64,000 nt of DNA from Pleionea sp. CnH1-48. GTDB lineage: Bacteria; Pseudomonadota; Gammaproteobacteria; Enterobacterales; Kangiellaceae. Positions 51,853-62,071 of this stretch are shown piece after piece. The DNA is taken from contig NZ_JAMXSB010000005.1 of the NCBI RefSeq assembly GCF_024124665.1, positions 293,672-357,671 on the forward strand, read 5' to 3'. The position numbers and the translations under genes are program-made. Below the pieces are notes generated by a model. The model had not been told where the DNA came from. It did not search any database and worked only from the letters and a program-made list of their open reading frames with translations. Numbering within the stretch: the first letter of the stretch is position 1; the number at the start of each line of letters is the position of its first letter.

Positions 51853-52122
51853 ATGCCAATCGACATCAGCAAAGTGAACACACCTTCGACGTTACCAACG
51901 TCAGACCCCAACTCGGTCGAAAAAAACCAAGAGAGCGAATGGCAACCTGATCGTAATAAAGATTTTGATTCACCAATGACTATTAAAAGCCCCAAGCAGA
52001 GTTTTATTCAAATATTAAACTCCACCACTGACTTACCTATTGTTGACGATATGAAACAATTGAAAAGTATTGTTATTACTGAACTTAAAAAGTCTTCTAA
52101 AAGCTCTTTAGGCAATGATTAA
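51853..52122 (+). CDS. small S/P/T/K-rich predicted disordered protein (possible chaperone client)
   Basis: 89 aa. Good SD (aaggag, 9 nt upstream). Starts 26 nt after the chaperone stop. Confidence 0.45.
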   Translation: MPIDISKVNTPSTLPTSDPNSVEKNQESEWQPDRNKDFDSPMTIKSPKQSFIQILNSTTDLPIVDDMKQLKSIVITELKKSSKSSLGND

Positions 52123-52189
52123 AACTCGCCAGTGGATTTCGAAGTAAAAAAAAGAACGAAACGTAACGTTTCGTTCTTTTACTATGTTA

Positions 52190-53773
52190 CTACTTTGATG
52201 CTCCCGGCAGCGTCACCATTTCTCGCATTACGCCATCGAGGCCACCGTAAACCGTAAGCGTATCGATGCGATCAGAGACTCGCTCTAACACCTCTAGCTC
52301 TTTTAACCGCAATAATGTGGCATTGCCTTCCATCACTTTTGCAGTGTTATGCAACGAACGAGTTGCAGCGGTTTCTTCTCGTCGCTTAATGATGTTAGCT
52401 TCAGCCGTTTTTTGAGCTTCAACTACCTGGTTCAGAATATTTTTCATTTCGCCAGGCAAGATGATGTCTCTCACTCCAACCTGCTGTAACTCAATACCAC
52501 AAACCGCCACAGCCTCTTGAGCAGACTGAAACACCAGGTTATTTAACGCATCTTTATCGGCCAGCAACTCATCAAGTGTTTTCATTCCAACCGCTTCTCG
52601 CAACATAAGTTGCAAAGTTCGGTAAATGAAATCCTGATAATCAGCATGCTGTGTTACTGCTTTGACCGCATCAATAACCGAGTACTGTGCACTTAGATTC
52701 AAACGCAGACTTACTCGGTCTTTTGTTAGAATCTCCTGACCGCTCACATCCAGATTTTGTTGACGCTTATCGACCAGTTTAACCGACAGTTTTTTATTGA
52801 GCTTCCAGAACCCGAAGTGCCCAGACTCTAGAACCCCCTTAAGCTCACCACCATCAAATAACAAGGCATTCGCGTTAGTATTAACTTCAACATGCAAAAT
52901 CAGCTGGCGCGCTTTATCGCGAACCCGAGCGTTTTCACTTAGGCAAAGTTCTTGAACAAGATCCACTGGAACCGCTAGCCCTTCTTCAAAAGACAATGTT
53001 TTGAATTGCCACTGACCGCGTTGTTTCCAGAAACAAGCTTGTGATTCTGGAGCAACCAGATCAACCAAGCACCCATCCAGATAAGCTAATACGACTTCTT
53101 GTTTCGCGGTTTTAGTAACAATAAGGTGTTGCGATAACAGAGCTTCATATTCATTTAGCCACAATGGAAGCAATGCGCACTCTAGCTCACCATCACTGAA
53201 TGCAGCCTGCATAACATTGATGTTCTGTTTGCTATTCCATAGATAGTGCATTCCTTTGCTCAAAACGCTTTGCAAATTCTGCTCGTTGAGCAAAAACAAT
53301 CTTTCGACCTCGCTTACATTGACTTGCAGGATTAAACTTTTTAATTTTTCTCTAACGCGTACACTGTCCGTTGAAACTAAGACCGACTTTAATCGCTCGT
53401 CGATCGCTTGTCCCTCTACAATATCGTAGCTCAGAAACTCCCACTCACCTCGATCTTTCCATAAGGCTCGATACTCGTTAGGTTTAACAATATCAAATGC
53501 TCGACCATCCAATAGCACTAAAATAACTTGCTCTTCGCCTGCACGAACATACTCTAGATGTTCGGCAAAAACGTCATGCCGCTGCTTCCATAGAATTTCA
53601 AAATCAGGAAGCTCAAACATTCCGTTGCTGATAGAAAAGTTCTTAAACGATAGCTTTCCTCGAAAATCATAAAATCGATGTTCTCCCGTCGATAAAAGTT
53701 TTACCGGCAGGTTATTTTCCATAACTAACATCCGTTGTGTATCGGATACATTAAAAGTTTTAATTCCAAACAT
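52190..53773 (-). CDS. soluble SPFH/band-7 domain protein with tandemly duplicated N-terminal domain
   Basis: 527 aa. C-terminal stomatin/HflC-like SPFH region plus coiled coil. Two N-terminal repeats of about 110 aa ('QVILVLLDGRAFDIVKP..WKDRGEWEF' and 'EVVLAYLDGCLVDLVAP..WKQRGQWQF'). No TM. Confidence 0.7.
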   Translation of the reverse strand: MFGIKTFNVSDTQRMLVMENNLPVKLLSTGEHRFYDFRGKLSFKNFSISNGMFELPDFEILWKQRHDVFAEHLEYVRAGEEQVILVLLDGRAFDIVKPNEYRALWKDRGEWEFLSYDIVEGQAIDERLKSVLVSTDSVRVREKLKSLILQVNVSEVERLFLLNEQNLQSVLSKGMHYLWNSKQNINVMQAAFSDGELECALLPLWLNEYEALLSQHLIVTKTAKQEVVLAYLDGCLVDLVAPESQACFWKQRGQWQFKTLSFEEGLAVPVDLVQELCLSENARVRDKARQLILHVEVNTNANALLFDGGELKGVLESGHFGFWKLNKKLSVKLVDKRQQNLDVSGQEILTKDRVSLRLNLSAQYSVIDAVKAVTQHADYQDFIYRTLQLMLREAVGMKTLDELLADKDALNNLVFQSAQEAVAVCGIELQQVGVRDIILPGEMKNILNQVVEAQKTAEANIIKRREETAATRSLHNTAKVMEGNATLLRLKELEVLERVSDRIDTLTVYGGLDGVMREMVTLPGASK

Positions 53774-54030
53774 ATTATTTTCCTATATTGAATTTCTCAT
53801 CGACAAACATCAGTAGCAGACAATTTGAATTAACAAGGATGCTATATGAGAGGCCGTGCGCATCACTTAAGTTGAGCTACCTTGCTCATCACTGTCCATA
53901 AAGAACTTAAGTATGGTTACCAACGTCAATAACACATCGCTATTAATGAACCCGTTATCAGCGACTCATGCTTGCTGTTGCTTTTGCAACTGAGAAATCA
54001 TGTTTTCTTCAAAGTACTTATTCCAGATTG

Positions 54031-54106
54031 TGGCGTTTTAGGTCGGATTCGAACCGACTACCAATTGATTAAAAGTCAATTGCTCTACCCTATGAGCTAC
54101 AAAAAC
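54031..54106 (-). tRNA. tRNA-Lys (anticodon UUU) with atypical A/U-rich acceptor stem
   Basis: Hand-folded. Acceptor GUUUUUG/CUAAAAC (one U-U mismatch), D-arm GCUC-AUAGGGUA-GAGC, anticodon arm AUUGA-CUUUUAA-UCAAU, T-arm GUCGG-UUCGAAU-CCGAC, encoded CCA. Confidence 0.8.
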
Positions 54107-54497
54107 AATAATCAGATCCCTAGTCTGAGGACATTGTTGAAGGCTGGTACACAATAAAGTTAATAACCCTTGTGCCAGGTGGATGACGACTCCACTCCGC
54201 TAGCGCATCAATAAATGTCACCTCTGTTATAGCGAAGAGCGTGCCAACTTTTGACAAAAGCCTTAAAGCATTGATTTTATTATATATTTAATTTCTTAGA
54301 TGGAATTCCCAACAAATAAAACCTATCATTTTAGATAGATTGCAATCCAAAATAATAGCCACTCGACTTTTAACTTTGATAAGGCTACTTTCATACCAAC
54401 GCAGAATAGACTCAACGCAGCGGATAAATTGCCAATAGTGCTTTCAAAAGCAGTAAATTAGGCTTTTCTAGTAGTAGGCGCTAATAACGATTAACAC

Positions 54498-55271
54498 ATG
54501 CCGAGAAGATTACTCATTGCTTTTATATCCACTTTTATCCTCAGCGGTTGTTTGTCTTCCGTTGATACCAAAGGCACCTTTGCACCAAAGCCAGAGATTT
54601 ATTCAGACAGCGTTATTCAAGTGTATGCAGCGCGAACCAAAGGCAAGAAAAAGGCTTTAGCGGTCCACACCTGGATCAGCGTTAAACCTCGTGGTGCCCT
54701 TCATTACACCAGTTATGAAATTATTGGATGGCGATTAAGACGCTACGAAAGCGCCTTAGTCACACGCACCAACATGCCAGATAGAGACTGGTGGGGTCAT
54801 CAGCCTCAATTGCTACTTGATGTGCGTGGCATTAAAGCCGAGCAACTCATTCCCAAAATAGAACAGGCAGTTGCCAGCTATCCTTATGCTTCCACCTATA
54901 CCGCCTGGCCAGGGCCAAATAGCAATACCTTTACTGCTTACGTCGGCAAGCAAGTGCCTGAGCTGGGACTCGATTTACCCTCAACCGCAATCGGTAAAGA
55001 TTATCGCCCAATCAATCAGGTTGCTGGCCTGTCGCCAAGTGGAAGCGGTGTACAATTTTCGTTATGGGGTTTGCTAGGACTTACTTTTGGATATGAAGAA
55101 GGGGTAGAGTTGAACTTACTCGGGTTAAATCTGGAACTCGATCTCTTTGATTTAGCGCTAGAACTTCCAGGAATCGGTCGTATCGGATTGCCAGAAACCT
55201 CAGCGGATAACAAATCGCAAGCCGTTCAAGACACCGCTCAATCCCCACGCCCCACGGTTTTGGAGCAATAA
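54498..55271 (+). CDS. hypothetical lipoprotein (possibly DUF3750-like)
   Basis: 257 aa. Lipobox 'ILSGC'. Confidence 0.45.
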   Translation: MPRRLLIAFISTFILSGCLSSVDTKGTFAPKPEIYSDSVIQVYAARTKGKKKALAVHTWISVKPRGALHYTSYEIIGWRLRRYESALVTRTNMPDRDWWGHQPQLLLDVRGIKAEQLIPKIEQAVASYPYASTYTAWPGPNSNTFTAYVGKQVPELGLDLPSTAIGKDYRPINQVAGLSPSGSGVQFSLWGLLGLTFGYEEGVELNLLGLNLELDLFDLALELPGIGRIGLPETSADNKSQAVQDTAQSPRPTVLEQ

Positions 55272-55355
55272 ACTGTACTATTTTTAATCACTTTTATTGA
55301 AAAGCAGAACAAATTCTCTTACCCTTACAATTAATATTGCTTTTAGCGATATTAA

Positions 55356-55694
55356 TTGTACTGTCTTTTGCATGAGCCTATAAATATCACATCAAGGCTT
55401 AACATAATGGTAGGGGGCCTTGTGGGACATAAGCTTTTTTCATCTCATTATTCTAGTCAGCAGGATTTTAAAGAAGGCGACAAGGTAAGTGTGAGTGCGC
55501 TTCCAGACTGGTTAGTCGAAGCCGTCGATGAAAACAGCCTGAAGAATATCCATCAATGCTTACAAGCAGATTTGCAGATAATAAAAATTGAGGACGAGAA
55601 TATTGTCTGGTTAGAGGCCATCATAGAAAACTCTGACAATGAGTGGACTCTGCACCAGTTTGCCATCGATATCTATCATATTGTGAAAAACTAG
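55356..55694 (+). CDS. hypothetical small protein
   Basis: 112-aa ORF in an AT-rich accessory segment. No recognisable domain. Confidence 0.3.
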   Translation: MYCLLHEPINITSRLNIMVGGLVGHKLFSSHYSSQQDFKEGDKVSVSALPDWLVEAVDENSLKNIHQCLQADLQIIKIEDENIVWLEAIIENSDNEWTLHQFAIDIYHIVKN

Positions 55695-55703
55695 GTTTCT
55701 TGC

Positions 55704-56030
55704 CTAATCCCTGAATATCAGTTTCAGCTCTTCCACAACGACGCTTTTCAGTTGCTCAAACTGTCCCTGATAGGTCATGTCGCGAATCTCGACCTGATTG
55801 AGCCAAACATCCAATTCCATCTGACAACGTAGCCGATGAATCATCGACGTCGCCGACTGCAAATTTAGCATTAATTGTACGGCAACAGCTTCGGCCTGAG
55901 CATAACACAGCTGGATTTTCTCAGTACTCAAACAATGGTTAATCAATCCACCAAACTCAGAGTTAACATCTTGCTGTCCGTTCAGAAAACTCAATGATGG
56001 CTCATGGGAAGCAATGGTTGATAAATTCAT
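55704..56030 (-). CDS. hypothetical small protein
   Basis: 108-aa ORF convergent with 55356..55694. No recognisable domain. Confidence 0.3.
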   Translation of the reverse strand: MNLSTIASHEPSLSFLNGQQDVNSEFGGLINHCLSTEKIQLCYAQAEAVAVQLMLNLQSATSMIHRLRCQMELDVWLNQVEIRDMTYQGQFEQLKSVVVEELKLIFRD

Positions 56031-56713
56031 GCGCCTTACCCGCTAGTCAGGTTAGTAACCTTTATTAAAAACTCTGGTACTAACCGCAATAATTGTCATG
56101 ATTTAGGGGTGGGCAGAATACCTTATAGTGACCAATTTTCAATCAGCGAAATGGAGCGCTGTGAACTCTCTAATTAAATAGCGTTAAAAATTTCAATATG
56201 AAATTTGCTTTCTACTACTAAAAAGGGAGCTAACATAGATTTTCTTTAAAGATCTCTTACTTTATCAAATGCTTGTTCCCTCATACGCCAGTCAGCATCC
56301 TTATAAATATTACCTTCCAGATCACGTAACCTACCATTAATTAAATAGCCAGGAACTTCCATTCGTCTTTTATCAAGGATCCATACGCTGACCACTTTCG
56401 AAGAAGTAATTTTCTTGTCGAAGAGCGTAACCATAGACTACCTCGCTTATGTTAACTGATACTAAGACCTATCGTCGTGCTTTGGTAGAACATCTTTGTT
56501 GTTACGAAACAGCAACAGACTTTACTATTAGACACTAATGAATTCGACAATACACCTTGAAGGCAAGCAAATCCGACTTTGCTTACATAGAAGTAAGCCA
56601 TTGCCTCCGTCGTCGATTGTTTATTACCCAAAACAATAAAAATGACTGAGAGCAATGGCTTTTTTTATAGCAGATAGCAATTTTTAATGGCGAAAGTCTG
56701 ACACTCCAATGAA

Positions 56714-57895
56714 TTAAAGAGTAACGTCAACCTTCTGTGCCGAGCGGATAGCCTTCGCAACGGCCTTGTCGACAGACTCATCACGAGCTAATACAACACC
56801 CATACGTCGAGTTCCAGAAACTTCTGGCTTACCAAAAAGTCGCAACTGAGTATCGGATTCAGACAATACTTCTGATAACTGCCCAAAGTTCACTTTTTGC
56901 GATTCACCAGAAACCAAAATAACACGAGATGCGGAGGGTCCATGCTGCGCAATATTAGGAATAGGTAAGCCCAGAATCGCTCTTGCGTGCAATGCGAATT
57001 GAGACAAATCCTGAGAAATCATAGTCACCATACCGGTATCATGAGGACGAGGAGAAACTTCACTGAAAAAGACGCTGTCTTCTTTAATAAAAAGCTCAAC
57101 GCCAAAAATACCGTAACCACCCAGAGCTGATGTTATTTTTTCAGCAACCTCTTTGGCCCGAGACAATGCCAGCTCATTCATTGCCTGTGGCTGCCATGAT
57201 TCCTGATAATCACCGTTTTCTTGTCGATGACCAATGGGCTGACAAAAACTGGTGCCGTCTCGATGACGAACCGTTAACAAAGTAATCTCATAATCAAAAT
57301 CAACAAAACCTTCGATGATGACTTTACCCGCTCCTGTACGTCCACCTTCCTGCGAGTAATCCCACGCGGCCTCCACATCATCAGAGTTGCGCATGGTGCT
57401 TTGCCCTTTACCAGATGAACTCATAATAGGCTTTACAATACAGGGAAAACCGATGCGTTCTACAGCGGCCAAAAAATCCTCTTTGTTATCTGCAAACTCA
57501 TAAGGCGACGTTGCTAACTCAAGTTCTTCAGCAGCCAGGCGGCGTATGCCTTCTCTGTTCATAGTTAGCTGTGCAGCTTTGGCTGTGGGTACAACATTAA
57601 AACCTTCGTTTTCTAACTCAACCAGAGTGTCTGTTGCAATCGCTTCAATCTCAGGCACAATTAAATCTGGCTTCTCCAGCTCCACGACCCGTCGTAGCTC
57701 TGCACCATCTAACATCGAAAAACAATAACTTCGATCAGCTACCTGCATTGCTGGGGCTTGCTCGTAACGATCGCAGGCAATGACTTCACAGCCGTAGCGC
57801 TGTAATTCAATGACCACTTCTTTGCCTAACTCGCCAGAACCACATAGTAAAACTCGAGTCGCGTTTTCTGAAAAAGGCGTACCAATTGAAGACAT
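56714..57895 (-). CDS. purT: formate-dependent phosphoribosylglycinamide formyltransferase
   Basis: 393 aa, collinear with E. coli PurT ('[14 protein letters not shown]', 'MSSSGKGQS', '[11 protein letters not shown]'). Confidence 0.95.
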   Translation of the reverse strand: MSSIGTPFSENATRVLLCGSGELGKEVVIELQRYGCEVIACDRYEQAPAMQVADRSYCFSMLDGAELRRVVELEKPDLIVPEIEAIATDTLVELENEGFNVVPTAKAAQLTMNREGIRRLAAEELELATSPYEFADNKEDFLAAVERIGFPCIVKPIMSSSGKGQSTMRNSDDVEAAWDYSQEGGRTGAGKVIIEGFVDFDYEITLLTVRHRDGTSFCQPIGHRQENGDYQESWQPQAMNELALSRAKEVAEKITSALGGYGIFGVELFIKEDSVFFSEVSPRPHDTGMVTMISQDLSQFALHARAILGLPIPNIAQHGPSASRVILVSGESQKVNFGQLSEVLSESDTQLRLFGKPEVSGTRRMGVVLARDESVDKAVAKAIRSAQKVDVTL

Positions 57896-58240
57896 AAAGT
57901 TTCCTATTTAACTAAATGAGAAAATAGAGCGTCTTGTTGAAGTTGCGCTCCAATTGAAAGGGATTTTATCCTTTTTTTTAAACAATTTGTACTCGCAACG
58001 ACAACATACAAAAAGCCTACGTGCTATTCATCTTCGTTGTAGCTCAAATTCGACGACCAATAACTGACAAGATTTTTGAGTTTCTCTGATCGCCTTTTAC
58101 TTCAATAGCTTAGCAGTATTATATACCCAGATTTTCCCAATCATCCCACTTTTGCCCGCCATATCTCTCGTCAATAACAACCGCTTTTCATTAGGCTGAT
58201 TACGTACCGTCGGAGTGACCGACCTATTTAATCCGTTTCA

Positions 58241-58747
58241 ATGGAGAAAACCATGAATAACTTAAGAAAGCTTTTTGTAGTTACTGCTATGACATTGTCT
58301 GGTGCCGCTTCAGCTGTTCCTTGGTGCCATGGAGGTACTATCGTAGAAATCGCAAATATAAGCTGGACTCAGTCGGGCATTAATACCCACTTTACTGGTC
58401 CTATTCCTGGTGGCGTAGTTGATCCTCAGCGTTATATTGCATGGGAAGCCTCTCATAACTACGCAGGTTACTTCGCTGGTGGCGGTGGTTGGGGGAACGT
58501 ACCAGGTAAAGGACAGGTAAGAGTCCGCCCCTACGCACCTTACACCTATACCAACATGGTTTCCGGTTATCACACATCACAAGGCTTAAGCTTCAAGCTC
58601 GACAAATGTTATGCCACTCCACCACTGGTAGAAATCAAAGAGAAAGAAAAACTCGAAGTATTAAAACCACTCGATGGCATCGATGGCATGGAACGCTACT
58701 GGCGACAAGCTGATCGCGAAGTCACACCAATCGATAGTGAACGTTAA
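58241..58747 (+). CDS. secreted hypothetical protein
   Basis: 168 aa. Signal peptide. Gly-rich stretch 'GYFAGGGGWGNVPG'. Confidence 0.45.
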   Translation: MEKTMNNLRKLFVVTAMTLSGAASAVPWCHGGTIVEIANISWTQSGINTHFTGPIPGGVVDPQRYIAWEASHNYAGYFAGGGGWGNVPGKGQVRVRPYAPYTYTNMVSGYHTSQGLSFKLDKCYATPPLVEIKEKEKLEVLKPLDGIDGMERYWRQADREVTPIDSER

Positions 58748-59018
58748 TACTCCTGATTGTGCGGAGCAACTCGCTTCGCACTTTAGCCTATTTTTATACT
58801 CTTAAATTAAGCGAAACTGCCCCACACACCGCTTATTCTCTCACTTTTTACTAATTCGCCCCTAAAGCAAAGGTCTATTTCGGGGTCTAAATCTTTAAGG
58901 TAATAAAGTGATATTCTACAACTCAATAAACTACTCCTTGCTTGCATTCTATTGGTTTCCAATACTTTCTATTCTTGGTAAAATCTCGTTTCAATATATG
59001 ACAAGGAGTCATTAAATT

Positions 59019-60377
59019 ATGCAAGATAGAAGATATCTAAAACAGAAAAAAGAAGGCGGCGTGTATTTGGTTCAAATCGCTGTACCGACAGCATTACGTC
59101 ATCTAACAAATAACAAAGCCGTTTTAACACGTTCAACAGGAACAAATAATCTTAGAGAAGCCAGAGCGCATAGAGATGTCTTTTTGCGTGAATGGGAAAG
59201 TCTAAAACTACAAGCTGGAATAAACCCCAAAGGCCACCGTTTACGTTCTCTCGTAGCAGACCTTAAGCAATCTTATAAAGAATCGTTAGGAGATCATGAC
59301 ACGGCTCAAACTTGGCTTGATGGGCACGACCCTGAATATTATTACAACCAAGGCGATTTGATTATGGCAGACGCTATTAGAATTGCTAAGGGCGGCGAGG
59401 CTAAGTTTTCAGGTGTTCAAGAAGGTTACACACTTCCAGAAGTCGCTAAGGAGTATAGAAATACAATTCTAGGCAAGAAGTCCAATGACTACTTAATGAG
59501 AATATTTAAATCTGCGTCAAGGTGGGAAGAGTTTGATAAAGAATCTACACCTTTAAAAAATATTGGCAGAGCAAAAGTGGTTGATTTTATTGAGTACCTT
59601 TCAAAAGTTGAGGGGTTGAAACATAAAACCATTCGTGACATTTTATCAATCTTCAATAAAACATGGATTTATGCAACCAATAAAGAATATGTTATTGATA
59701 AAGCATCGCCGTTTACTGCTCACTCTTTAGATACTTTGAAAATCAACTCTTACGAAACGTTAACGCTGACTGAGTGGGAGGGAGTACTAAAACACTACAT
59801 TCCCAGATGTAAAACTATAGGAGCTAAGCTCTTTATGTTTCTGGGAATTAGCTCTGGTATGCGTATAGAAGAAATATCAGGACTTAGAAAAGGCGATGTA
59901 AAATATGTTGATGATGTATTATGCTTTCACGTTAATGATAAATATCGCTCTGTAAAAACCAAGAATGCAATTAGATATATTCCTGTTATGAATAGATACA
60001 TTGATGTAGTTAAAAAACTTGCAGAAGGAAATCCCGAAGACTTTTTATTTAATGAAGCAAGAAGAACTTCTAACAGGTTTGCGGGCTGGTTCAGTTATAA
60101 CATCAAAGAAGCTAAGCGAGCATTTGGAATAACATCACGTCAGAAATCATTCCACAGTTTAAGATGCAATATTGCAACAGCTTGTGAGAATGCCAAGATT
60201 GAAGAGCGAACCGCCGCGTGGCTTTGTGGACACTCTCACAATCAAACGTTAACTTACGGCTTATATTCAGACGGTGCAAATATTAAAGAAATCTTAAAAC
60301 CAGCCATAGATAAGGTTGAAAAGAAACTAGAACCTTTTTTACAGTTTGATAGCTTGGTGTTTAATACGGAGAAGTAA
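59019..60377 (+). CDS. tyrosine-type site-specific integrase
   Basis: 452 aa. Box I 'MRIEEISGL', box II 'FHSLRCNIAT', 'AAWLCGHS', catalytic Tyr region 'LTYGLY'. Confidence 0.8.
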   Translation: MQDRRYLKQKKEGGVYLVQIAVPTALRHLTNNKAVLTRSTGTNNLREARAHRDVFLREWESLKLQAGINPKGHRLRSLVADLKQSYKESLGDHDTAQTWLDGHDPEYYYNQGDLIMADAIRIAKGGEAKFSGVQEGYTLPEVAKEYRNTILGKKSNDYLMRIFKSASRWEEFDKESTPLKNIGRAKVVDFIEYLSKVEGLKHKTIRDILSIFNKTWIYATNKEYVIDKASPFTAHSLDTLKINSYETLTLTEWEGVLKHYIPRCKTIGAKLFMFLGISSGMRIEEISGLRKGDVKYVDDVLCFHVNDKYRSVKTKNAIRYIPVMNRYIDVVKKLAEGNPEDFLFNEARRTSNRFAGWFSYNIKEAKRAFGITSRQKSFHSLRCNIATACENAKIEERTAAWLCGHSHNQTLTYGLYSDGANIKEILKPAIDKVEKKLEPFLQFDSLVFNTEK

Positions 60378-60884
60378 AGAGGTGAGCTTAACGGCTCTCT
60401 TCTAACCCTTCATTTATGTCAACCTCTTTTCGAAGCCTTGAATCAGAGCATTTAGTATAGATACTTTTAAAACACTCCGATTCAAGCTTGCTAGCTCGCT
60501 ACTTCCAAAAGTAACAAAACGTGACTTTTAGGTTTTGGGAACCCCAATTCTTAAAAGCGATGAAACGTCGACTTTGAAAATCTAAAAAGAACAAGTTGTG
60601 CTTTTTGAACCGCCATAAAAAACACGCCACAACATAAAACAGGATTTCTTGTTACTCTTTCCCCTAAAACTACACTCAGCGGTTAGTCGCAATTTTTTGT
60701 CTCTGCCGTATCTTGATCAATGTGCATATTGCTCAGAAAACAACCGCACCCGAAATTTGTGGTGCGCCTAAAGCTTGGTTTTTATATATATTTACAAAAA
60801 GCGGTAAATTTAAACTCCGCGCTCATATTTATGTTATAAAAATAGAGGCCTATAGCAATTAACGGTAATAAGCATTTCTCTTAC

Positions 60885-61310
60885 TTAGCGTCTTCGTTTG
60901 ACTTCTTTTTCTAAAGCGTATACTTCACGGCATTTATGACAGAACTTTATTTTTGTCTTTTTTTTGTCTTCTTCCCAACACGGGCCATAGGCTACTAAAT
61001 TCACATGAGGGTATAGCATTTCAATTTTTTCTTGCTCACTTTTCGACGGAGGTATAACCGTACCATAAACCATCTCTACAGTGTCTTCTTGTAAATCTAC
61101 ATTATGAACATGGCAATACTCAAAAATTGACAGTAAGTGTTCATAATCACTAAAAGGATAATCAAACTTCTTTTGAAACCTTTCCCAAGCTTTCTCTTGC
61201 CAATAAAGCAACCGCTTTCCTTTTCCATCTATAAGCAAAGAGAGAAACTTTATATATTTCTCTTCTCCTAGCATTTCTCTAAACTGAAGTCTCACTGTTA
61301 GTTTATTCAT
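60885..61310 (-). CDS. hypothetical protein in integrative element
   Basis: 141 aa. Possible C-terminal Cys/His cluster (C..FCHKC). AT-rich codon usage. Confidence 0.35.
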   Translation of the reverse strand: MNKLTVRLQFREMLGEEKYIKFLSLLIDGKGKRLLYWQEKAWERFQKKFDYPFSDYEHLLSIFEYCHVHNVDLQEDTVEMVYGTVIPPSKSEQEKIEMLYPHVNLVAYGPCWEEDKKKTKIKFCHKCREVYALEKEVKRRR

Positions 61311-62071
61311 AACTTAAAAACACTGCTAATTGACTATTATTCACTCAGCAAGATGCCTAGTGAAGAAGGATATTTATAGCATAAATTTAAATACCTAAGA
61401 GAAACAATAGCTCATATCAACCCTGGTATTAGGCTATAAATATCGAATTACCTTTAAAAAACGTTTAGCTAACCTGCGGCCATGTAAATAACACTAGGCG
61501 GCGGTCTGAGAGGCTTTTATCTGTAGATATTTCTACCCCCTCCCCCTTAGAGATAAGATCTCAGAGAGGCTTATAAACAGCTTACAGATCACTTAAATCA
61601 GTACATGTGGCAGTCGTTAGTATTAGTGTTAAACCACCAGAGAAACTGTGCAAATCTGCATAATTCTTTTTTTAAGCGAATCTGAAATTTCCGGTTTGGT
61701 TATACAGCAGAATTTCTAAATACCCTGAAACGGGGCATTGAATAGAATACCCCAACATTCGAAATGGTAGTGTTCAAATGTCGGATATTCCTACTTTTAG
61801 GTGACATCAATGAGTTACAACAATACTTCACCTGATAGGGGTCGATGTTTCGTCGCCCCTCAACTCTGCATCAATAACACATCGCACTCAGGGCAACCTT
61901 TAAGCCAGACTTGAGAGTTCCTAACTGTCCTGAAACGAGACGGTCAGCAAATCCAAATACGGCGTTTCACCGTGTTTCAATATTATCAATAACTTACAAC
62001 GCACTCAGAGCTGACTTGTAAGCCGCTTGATGAAGCATTCAAAACTACCGAATAGGTACTTTTAAGTAAAA

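Noticed and set aside
56246-56434. Hfq-like Sm protein call for the 62-aa ORF.
   Set aside because: The resemblance is limited to one short segment and is not collinear with Hfq (Sm1 precedes Sm2 in Hfq, and the order here does not match). It is kept only as a weak note.
54031-59019. tRNA-Lys as the attachment site of the 59-kb integrase.
   Set aside because: The tRNA is 5 kb away and separated from the integrase by the core gene purT and other genes. Its 3' end points away from the integrase. It is not adjacent as att-tRNAs are.
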